Part shown: positions 51,004 to 61,522 of the stretch, in pieces | Position numbering within the stretch: the stretch's first letter is position 1 | Layout: every line of letters begins with the position of its first letter | Source of the DNA: Antedon mediterranea | Lineage: Eukaryota; Animalia; Echinodermata | Assembly: GCF_964355755.1 (NCBI RefSeq) | Contig: NC_092676.1 | Coordinates: 14,030,871 to 14,094,870 of the forward strand | DNA: 64,000 nt | Direction of reading: 5' to 3' | Position numbers and translations under genes: made by a program | Notes under the pieces: model-generated | What the model was told of the DNA's origin: nothing | The model's database searches: none | Seen by the model: only the letters and a program-made list of their open reading frames with translations

Positions 51004-51075
51004 AATTCAGTGGTTTGGTTCAAACTATTGAATGTCCCGGATGCAATTGTCTCCAAACTACTGTTTCTCAATGAC
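51004..51075 (-). CDS. LGR leucine-rich-repeat exon (72 nt)
   Basis: ttttaag|G SLRNSSLETIASGTFNSLNQTTEL |gtaagt; canonical 24-codon, phase 2-2 LRR exon. Confidence 0.88.
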
Positions 51076-52003
51076 CTTAAAATACAAAGCACATGTTCGT
51101 GAAAACTATCTTGAAAGATTAATGGTTTAATAAAAAGTGTTATATAATAGTAAGAATAGGCCAATATATCACACGAATTGAGAATTTTCTTCGTTACGTG
51201 TTTAGAAGAGAATCAATATAACAGGGACTTTACGAAACATGACGGTTACAGGCCCGTAACCAGGGGGGGGGGGGGGGATCGGGGGGATCGTACGATTTCG
51301 GTCGTACGATCGCTGAACAGCGAGTTCCGCTTGGCCTCCCACTTTTGTTTTGCTGGGCATACTAACACAACACGACGATTGTTCACTACAGGCCTAGTCA
51401 AGCCTTAATAAATTTAATTAATATATATATATATATATTTTAACTAAAATATAAAAACCTAACACTAAAATTTACAAGATAAGTTCTATTTGATAACTGC
51501 TGAACATCGTGGTTCTGGAGCTAGCGAGCTGTACACAGAGCATAGTTGTTGTTTGGTTGACATAACAGGGTATTCCCCTACACAGGTCTCCGCGTGCGTG
51601 TGTGACGTGCCCAGCCAGCTGCTTGATAGAGAAAGCATGCAGCTCACACGGACGCAAGTGCAAGATGCAATGGTTGAGTGAATTCAGGGATCATCTTAAT
51701 TCCATGGTTTTTTACCTAAACACCACATGATGGTGAATATGCCTGTTAAAGTCTCAATGATACGATCCCTAATGTACCATGTTGTTGCTAGGAGGCTTGA
51801 AAGGAAGAGGGATCTAGCCTAATTTCGGTCGGCAAGAGAATGCCGTCCTCTGACAATATAAGGTCGGCAATATTAAGGTCGGCAATTGAAATTTGTGGGC
51901 TGGAAATTACACCAACAATATAGTTCATAAACAAAAGAGAATAGCCGGAAATGCGATTTGCGGCCATAGGCCTATAGAGAAAAAAAATTCGAGGGTATGG
52001 TTC

Positions 52004-55000
52004 CAGTGGCGGATCTAGCGGGGGCGTATTTTTTTTTTTAATTAAATAGATTTTAAAAACACGTATCGTTTCGACGGTCATCAATCACCGATGGTTTGCA
52101 CATTTTCATAGTGAAAATAGTACGTCGGAGCACATCGTCAGCTTGATCGCATTCCACCAAGCATGTACGTCGACATCCTTTGTGTACTATCAATCTCTAG
52201 CGTTACCAACGATCATTCACAGTTAAGTGTAAAAGGAGCAAGTTGATAAAAGCCACGTGGTGAGCTTGGTCGCGTTCCACTAAGCAGGCGGCATTCTTTG
52301 TGATCGTCACTCCCGTATTGTAGAGTAGCGGTACCTCAGACGATCAATAGAGTTGATGAAGCCACATGGTCAGTGCTACTATACTACGCGCCCATTTATT
52401 AAGTACAATAAAAACAAAGGCTAGGACTGTATGCCTATGAAAATTATCCCGTTAGGGCTAAATTTGATTAAAACGTATTACTATTAAAATATTAACAATG
52501 CTGCAGCATTTCATGACCCTTGTTGTTTTATTTGCTTTCCCGTCGATGATTCTCATAAACACATCGCGATGACATCATGACAAAAGACGTGTTTTGTTTT
52601 TTTCAAATCACTAAATATAATGTAATCGAGCCGGACCGCTAATTTTTAAACGATCGTTTAAACCAGGTCGTTGAATATGCCGTAATTTTAATTGTCAAAA
52701 ACATGACCGTCAGTCGATGGCTCGGAGTTTCGATAAATCTCGCGTCGCATGTGTTGCGTGGTGAAAACACTCTCAGCAAGTTTGCTTCATTAATATGCAT
52801 GAGACTCTGTGACGACCCGCTTTAACGTGACGTCATTTTACTTTAGCTGCATGCGAAGTATAGTGACCGCGATCGACCCGGCGGCGATTATTTTTTTTCG
52901 TACATAAGTTGGGGACCCCCTCATGAAACGTCACAAAATAAACATGAATAATTCATCAGTTAAATTTTCTTGTTCCGTGTGCACCCAAGCGTATAGCAAC
53001 AAGAAGTGATTACACAAGTGCGGTACGATTCTAGGCCTATCTCCGCTGTTGTTGCGGCGTGCGATTTCATAGAAGAATAGCGGCATTTTGTGTGGATTGT
53101 CGAAATAATCAGCCTTTAGTTTATGGTGTTTTTAATATAATTTATTACTAAAGAATTACGTGTTAAAATTATAGTTTCTATTAATACTATTATGTATTAA
53201 TACTATTATGCCTAATTATTAGTCTCTAAACCCATGTCTATTCTAGTAGTAGCTGTGGGTGTGTGTGACGTGTGTGTTAGGTATGACCAAAGATAGTTAT
53301 CTTTGGTATGACACAATCCGAGTAATAAGTCAGCAAAATTAAACAATAAATTACACAAAAATACATTTTTTATTCTCGTGGGTCAAATCTTCCCATCTCA
53401 TGTGTTCATATACGCGCATTTTTAAAGTTCCTTTGAGTACATGCATATTGTTTGATAATAAAATAGCAGAATTAAAAAAATACAGTACACAAATTATACA
53501 TATTCTTTATTCTTGTGGGTCTAAGCTTTCTTTGGGCTATGTCCAATGAATTACTACTTAGTTTAATGTCTTGCCTAGCTGTCGATTAGCCTCGACTCGA
53601 CACATTTTGTGTGAAGAAGAGTGCGCGAAGGCAATCACGTGAATTGACTTATTCTAGGCCTACTGTAGAAAGTATCGTATCGCAGTTGTGTAATCACTTC
53701 TTGTTGCTATACGCTTGGGTGCACACGGAACAACAAATTTAACTGATGAATTATTCATGTTTATTTTGTGACGTTTCATGAGGGGTCCCCAACTTATGTA
53801 CGAAAAAAAAAATCGCGGCCCGCTAGGCTAGTTTCCCTTTGCACCTGCCTTGTATTTTAACCAACTTTATCCTGAATACCACAGCTTAGAATTAGTAGGC
53901 CTACTTTAATGAAGAAAAATCACATAAAAGTAACAATAAATCCATTAAATTGGTGATTTTACAGACGTTGTTTTTCTCGCATTTCGCACACTCAATGTTC
54001 AATATTTTGGTTTCTATGGAACGCCAAAAGAGCAAAATTAATTAGAGGCTAAAAACTCTGTGGAATCCATTTATATTTAACGCATTATTTGGTGAAAATC
54101 AAGTACAATTTCAATAGATTTTGTCACTGTCAGTAAGGAAAAATGTTACTGTTGATAATGTACACGGTTTCGTTAACCTTTTAAAGAATAAAATAGAAAA
54201 ATTCATCATAATATCCTTAGTAGGATGTCCTAGGTCTAGACTAGGTAGTAATGTTGATTTAGGATCGATTATTATTCGTTGAAAACAGAACAGTATCAGC
54301 AGTAACATATTACAACATTTTTATTGACAAATTAACAAATATATTGAAATGAAACGTGTTTTTCACCAATAAATGCATGAGAAATTGACGCATTCCACTG
54401 AGTTTTAGTCCTCTATTATCGTTGCTCTTTTGGCGCTCCATAGAAACAAAAATATTGAACATTGAATAAGTGAAATTCGCGAACAGTGTGCGAGAAACAC
54501 GCCTGTAAAATCATTAATTTAAGGATTTATTTGTTACTTTTTATGTGATTCTTTCATTAAAGTACTCATGAGGTATACTTCTAAGGTGTGGTATTCACAC
54601 GATAAAGTTAGTTATCAAATTTGGAGTAAAAATACAAGCGAAGGAAACTAGCGCCAGGTTTATTAGTACGTAATATACCTAGCTTACTAAAACAGGAATA
54701 GTGTATCATTATTAAATATTACACCAATTATTATTATATCAAAATTGATTAAATTATTTTCTACATAGGCCTCTTATCTAGGTTAGGGCTAAGCATATTA
54801 GCTAAAGTTTAATTTTAGGCCTAGTATTACAATTGTCGGACGTAAGTCTTTTTTCACACGCGCTCCAGAATTCTGTCGCAATTTTTTTCTTTGCGGCATG
54901 TTATTGGATCGGCATATCAGTTACCTTTTATTCACCGCCAGTTATTGAACTTGTCCTGGCAATCGCTGTTCACCTTATTTGCGAGAGAGGTACACGTGTT

Positions 55001-56351
55001 GTTCCTAGAGAATGGAATGTCAAAAATGTCTTTGGCACGCCGCTCAGAGAGAAGTCTGTGCGTTGCTGCTGAAACCACGTGCTATAGGAGGGGAATGCAC
55101 CACAATCCTCTGAGCTGAGGGCTGAATCATTCCGCTACCTGCTAAATAGTAAAGAGGGATTTTCCATCTCTCGGGTCTACCGGATCTAGGCGCAGGGGTG
55201 TGACAAAATATTATTTTCACTCTGCTATGTTCGAGAGACATGTGAGTGAACACGCTCGAAATGCCAACAAACATTGCAGTCATTTGATGAGTGTGTCGCT
55301 ATAACAATTATTGTTTATCGAAAGTTGAAGACTGTCGTTCAGATTTTTGAACCGTAGTTTGGGCACTTTTGTAAAAGTAAAATTTGACACGATATGACTT
55401 GAATGAAAAAACAATCGTTACATAAAAATAAACAACATGATGAGTGTATACACGAATCTATTTAGATACGCTTGTATCGATTGATTATTAGGCCTATAAT
55501 ATAGCATAATAGCACGTTAAGCTATGCCTCGCACCTTTTTGAAATTGTAAACTATATGCCTCGCATGCCTCGCACTTTTGGAAATGATAAAATGATGCCT
55601 CGCACAAATATTTGGCATGCCACGCTTGCCTCGCGTGCCTCGCTGCCTCGCACTTTGTCAACACTCCTTTCTTTGGGCTATGTCCAATGAATTACTACTT
55701 AGTTTAATGTCTTGCCTAGCTGTCGATTAGCCTCGACTCGACACATTTTGTGTGAAGAAGAGTGCGCGAAGGCAATCACGTGAATTGACTTGGAATCCTA
55801 GGCCTAATGTATAGAAAGTATCGTATCGCAGTTGTGTAATCACTTCTTGTTGCTATACGCTTGGGTGCACACGGAACAACAAATTTAACTGATGAATTAT
55901 TCATGTTTATTTTGTGACGTTTCATGAGGGGTCCCCAACTTATGTACGAAAAAAAAAATCGCGACCCGGCGCGCGTGTAAAAAAATAATACCGGCCTAGA
56001 CTAGGGCAAGTTTATAATATAAAGGTGAAAAACATCGTCGCGTTGTAAAAATTTAGATGTAAAGCACAGGCAAGTTGTTAGCTTGCTTTTGGTACCCTAG
56101 GTAAGTATCAGCTGCATATTCCACATGTCGTAATTTGCGAGCTTTAGAGTGTTTGGTAAATGACATTATGAGATGTTTGTAAATCGTTTTAAACGACTTA
56201 CAATGCGCTAGAACGCCAAAATTTCCAGGGGCCGTCGGCCCCTGGATCCCGACCGGGGGCCCTTGGCGGCCCCCTGGCCCCCAGCCAATGTTTGCTCGCT
56301 TCGCTCGCAAAGCTACGCCACCTCTATTTCAATATCCTGGATCCGCCCCTG
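52004..56351. mobile_element. Nested hAT5-type MITE (5-bp TSD GGTTC)
   Basis: CAGTGGCGGATCTAG / CTGGATCCGCCCCTG; GGTTC at 51999-52003 and 56352-56356. Confidence 0.75.
53527..55960. repeat. ~290-bp direct duplication (53527-53815 = 55667-55960), partly inverted at 52885-53030
   Basis: Near-identical CTTTCTTTGGGCTATGTCC...CCCCAACTTATGTACG blocks. Confidence 0.85.
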
Positions 56352-57649
56352 GGTTCCACTAAACAACTTAACGATCCACCCCGCCGTCAAACCTGGTTAC
56401 GGCCCTGGGTTAGTGGGGGAGGACGACGAATATCCGGTGTTTTCTAGAGCGTATAATCATAACAGTTGTTACAACCGTTAATGTAGAACAATCCACCGCA
56501 TATGTAGTAAAGCCTCCAGCTTATGTAGAAACACCAACAGCTTATGTAGTAAATAACAAGAATATTTCTTACAAAAAACGCTGCTCGCTTATTGTTATTG
56601 CTAAGGTCAAGTCTGGGGGTCACTTCATCTCGCCTAGATACTTCAAGTATCCTATTACAAACAAAAACTTCAATGGACTGTTTTGATAATAATTCAATGA
56701 TTATAAAGTAGAGCAGTTAATGACATGAGCTGTGCATTTTATTACCAAAGCATGAAACTTGGCACAAAGTTTCTATAATGTATATAGATTCAAAATATCG
56801 GGGGGTGCCAAGTGTCCAACGTCCGGTATGGCGGCCATCTTGATTTCAAAATGGCCACCATAAAAACAAAAAATGTTCATATCTTGGCAACTATACACAT
56901 TAGAGACTTAATTCTGGTCTCAAATTGTTCACAAACTATATATTTCTATTTACTCTAATGAAAATTTTCGTCCAAAAATGACCGGAAATGACGTTTCTTT
57001 CAGTTTGACCTTTGACCTCGTATTTGTATATCTCTGTAACTACTGGTCATTTTCAATCGATTTTGGTGTCATTTTGTTCAGAATAAATACATTTATATTT
57101 GTAGTAATGAAACATTTTCACATAAAATAACCGGAAATACAATTTATGACCTTTGACATTTAATTATTGATTTTTAATTATGTGAATATACTGTATGTGG
57201 TTTTTTGTGGTCTTAAATGCACCTAATTTTGAACTTTGACCTGATAGGCGTAATTATATTAAATGATTAATGTACTTAAATTGTATATTGTACATAAAAT
57301 TGGTAAATATTGTGCTTGGTGGTACCATTAGTAGTTCAACGATGTTGGCACCTTCTGATTCGCTAAAAGTTTTAATAGTTTGACAGAGGAAATAACATAC
57401 ATGTTATGGAATACCGTCAAACCTCGAAAAGGTGATAGTATGAGCTTCTTTTCGAGATAGACTGTATTTGAATGTCAAATGAATAGTATGATGATCGTGT
57501 TTATATCAATATATTATTAATGACCTTACAAAGAACCCTTTATATTTCAACAATCAAGCCTCAGTTATTCTACAATTTATTGTTTTCCAAGTGGCTGGTA
57601 GGCCTATTTTGATTGCATCTTCTTTTTGTAGGCCTATGCTTCCTCGGTA

Positions 57650-59155
57650 ATATGGTCCTACCCCTCCTTCTTTGTCTGTAGATGGTCTTATACCCCATTC
57701 TTTGTCTGTGGATGGTCTTATACCCCCCTTCCTTGTCTGTGGATAGTCTTATACCCGCTTCTTTGTCTGTGGATGGTCTTATACCCGCTTCTTTGTCTGT
57801 GGATGGTCTTATACCCCCCTTCTTTGTCTGTGGATGGTCTTATACCCGCTTCTTTGTCTGTGGATGATCTTACACCCCTTTCTTTGTATGTAGATGGTCT
57901 TACACCCCTTCTTTGTCTGTGGATGGTCCTACACTCCCTTCTTTGTATGTGGATGGTCCTACACCCCCTTCTTTGTCTGTGGATAGTCCTACACCCCCTT
58001 CGTTGTCTATGGATGGTCTTATACCCCCTTCTTTGTCTGTGGATGGTCGTGAACCCCTTTCTTTGTCTGTGGACGGTCTTATACCCCCTTTTTTTGTCTG
58101 TTGATGGTATTAAACCCCTTTCTTTGTCTGTTGATGGTATTACACCCCTTTCTTTGTTTGTGGATGGTCTTACACCCCTTCTTTGTCTGTGGATGGTCTT
58201 ACACTGTACACCTCCTTCTTTCTCTGTGGATGGTCTTATACCCCCTTCTTTGTCTGTGGATGGTCTTATACCCCCTTCTTTGTCTGTAGATGGTCTTATA
58301 ATCCCTTTTTTGTGTGTGGATGGTCTTACACCCCCTTCTTTGTCTGTGGGTGGTCTTACATCCCCTTCTTTGTCTGTGGATTGTCCGACACCCCCTTCTT
58401 TGTCTGTGAATGGTCCTACATCACCTTCTTTGTCTGTGGATGGTCTTATACCCCCTTCTTTGTCTGTAAGTGGTCCTATACCCTTTCTTTGTCAGTGGGT
58501 GGTCTTACACCCCCTTCTTTGTCTGTGGACGGTCCTACACCCCCTTCTTTGTCTGTGGACGGTCTTACACCGCTTTCTTTGTCTGTGGACGGTCTTACAC
58601 CCCTTCTGTGCCTGTGGACGGTCTTATATCCCCTTCCTTGTCTGTTGATGGTATTACACCCCTTTCTTTGTCTGTTGATGGTATTACACCCCTTTTTTTG
58701 TGTGTGGATGGTCTTACACCCCTTCTTTGTCTGTGGATGGTCTTACACCCCTTCTTTGTCTGTGGATGGTCTTACACCCCTTCTTTCTCTGTGGATGGCC
58801 TTACACCCCTTTCTTTGTCTGTGGACGGTCCTACACCCCTTTCTTCTTTGTCTGTGAATGGTCTTACACCCCCTTCTTTGTCTGTGGATGGTCCTACACC
58901 CCCTTCTTTGTCTGTAGATGGCCTTACACCCCTTTCTTTGTGTATGGATGGTCTTATACCCCCTTCTTTGTCTGTGGATGGTCTTACACCCCCTTCTTTG
59001 TCTGTGGATGGTCTTACACCCCTTCTTTGTCTGTGGATAGTCTTATACCCCCTTCTTTGTCTGTGGATGGTCTTGTACCCCCTTCTTTGTCTGTGATGGT
59101 CTTATACCCCCTTCTTTGTCTGTGGATGGTCTTACATCCCCTTCTTTGTCTGGAC
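57650..59155. repeat. ~30-bp minisatellite, about 50 copies
   Basis: Unit GGATGGTCTTA(T/C)ACCCCCTTCTTTGTCTGT. Confidence 0.95.
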
Positions 59156-61322
59156 CCACTACTTTGATTGATTGATTAAATCAGACATTGTTTCTTGTAT
59201 GATTAGGAGACCAAGACCTTCAAAGTGAAAGTCCACAAGTGGATGCCTAAAAAGGTCTTGTACAGAACAGTATATTGTAGGTCCATGTCACTAATTTGAG
59301 AATTACTTGAATAATTATATTGAGATGTCTTTTACGAATTGATTTGGTTCGGATTTTGCTAAAAAATCAATGAGTAGAGAAAATCGAGGAAAAGGATACA
59401 GATGGTTTACAGCAAAGGCCCATTACCATAAAAATGGAGTACATTTTTTTAGATGCAACGAAAATGAACAAGAATTATTTGAGTTTCTGACTAATGAAAG
59501 TAGGTCTACTGCACAAATGCAGGATAAGTTTGTAGTAAGTTTGAAAGACGGTATTCTCTTAACTCATGAAAATGAAAACTTTCCGAACTTGTCTCGTATG
59601 CAACATCAAAGAGGCCAACGAAAGAATGCTACTTTACATCAAAAATATTTCCAAATGGCATCTAACAATTCAATTCAACTTTTATTTCAGACAATTGTCC
59701 ATATGGTATAATACATTGCAAAAAAAAAAGATGATGGAGAGAGGACCAAAACTTTTATCTAACGATTGACACATCACAGTTTAGCAAACAAGTCGGCATA
59801 GATGAGCTCAGTGATTGCTGTTTCTCAGTGATCTGTCATACTTTACGCCTATCCTATCACATCAAAAGTCAAAAATTCAGAATAATAATTCCTGCTCATT
59901 TTTGCAGTGTCATTTATTTCGTTAAAAAAATTAGGTGCATTTATACCAGTCGAGCAGCAAAGTGCTCATTTAACCGTTAAAACGCTGTTTTTTAACTGCG
60001 CAGGTCACTGAGCATCGCCAAGTTATAGTGACTTCCGGTTCGCTTTTCACTTCGCGGCAAGCATTTTGCATGGGAATACCCTTACAAATCTGCTGCAATT
60101 TCCACCATCCGGGTTAAATTATATCTTTCTATATTTGGAAATTGTTACTCCTAATATGGAAGATTATTCCCGCCACAAAATTTTGGTATAAATAGCCCAG
60201 GAAATGACGACAGAGCTTATTGAAGAAAAAAGTGCAGATGGAGGTGTTCGTTGAGGTAGGCTACATGATTTATTTGTTTGGTTTCGTAGGGAATCCGGCA
60301 CTTTTCTCATCAGCACGGAACCTTTATAAAAACTTAGTGGTTGGTTATTAGGTTATTAATCTATCTTTTCTGAAAGTTTAAGCTTGGTTCAGCTTGTGGG
60401 ACGGATTCAATATCCGTTCAAAGCTGGGGATATATTCTAAGCAGACTCCATCTAGGATTCGTATGTTTAGTACAGGCCGTGTGGTTGAGTAATTTCAATC
60501 CTTCAAAATCACTATGTGCAATCCGTTTTTAAACCAGTTAATATACCAAAATATGTTATTAGTAGCTTTATTATTTTGGATTTGGTGCTAGTTTGGTAAA
60601 TATTGCAATATAATTGTAGATTATTTGGTTGTAAAAAAATGTACCCAACTTGTAGTATTATCTAGGCCTAGGCTAGGCCTAGCCCATTTGACGGAAACCC
60701 AGTGCTATTTGTAGGCGGATAGAGAGCGCCGCAGGCTAGTTTTTAGTGGCATATCGCCGACTTATTATAATCAATGTGAAGCCATATTATTATTATGTTT
60801 AAAATGTTGAATCTATATCCACTGGATTATGGATATATATCGTCGGATATTTAAAGAAAGGCCTAGGCCTAGACCTTTTGATTTATTTAATTAATTTAGG
60901 ACTATATTACGGGAAATTCTTTGCCAAAGAAAAGAAAATACGTTGTGGCTGTTGGAGGTTTGTAAATATATGACAATAATGTAGCCTAGGCTAGGAAGGA
61001 CTGTAGGTAGGATGAGGTAATTTGGATGGTCGTACATATGATATTTATATATACAGTATTGTGTATAGTAGTGATCATGGCGACAAAATTTAGGATGACT
61101 AAATTTGACATTAAAATTATTTAACTATGAATAGCTCATTATTGGTGTTTTTTTTTTCTTTCAGGTTTCTAAGAATAAACTATCCGACTTGTGATTCATC
61201 TTGTGCTGCAAAAACAATCCTATTTTGATATTTGTAAATTGATGTACGTAACAGATGTCTTTTAAAAATAAAAAAAAAATAAAAATTTTTATTATCGCGA
61301 TGATTTAACTCAAATATTGACA

Positions 61323-61522
61323 TATTATACAGATATTGACTGCTTAGAGGTTAAATATAAGATTTGACATCCCCGAGGGAATGATATTAAGTTCGAGGGA
61401 ATATATATTTCCCGAAGCGCCAGCTGAGGGAAATATATATTCCCCCGAGAACTTAATATCATTCCCGAGGGGATGTCAAATCTTATATTTAACCGATATA
61501 AAAGGCAATATCTGTTATATTA
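61323..61522. repeat. Long palindrome (~145-bp near-perfect core at 61349-61494)
   Basis: GGTTAAATATAAGATTTGACATCCCC...GGGGATGTCAAATCTTATATTTAACC around a short GAAGCGCCAGCTGA loop. Confidence 0.85.

Larger units (their letters stand above)
51249..56407. mobile_element. hAT5-type MITE (5-bp TSD GGTTA) hosting nested elements
   Basis: CAGGCCCGTAACCAGG / CCTGGTTACGGCCCTG; GGTTA at 51244-51248 and 56408-56412. Confidence 0.8.

Noticed and set aside
55044-55283. MFVGISS...RWKIPLYY resemblance to a P-element transposase
   Set aside because: The motif spacing is off and there is no further support without a search.
57682-59167. Long ORFs (up to 291 aa) in several frames
   Set aside because: Translation artefacts of a 30-bp minisatellite.
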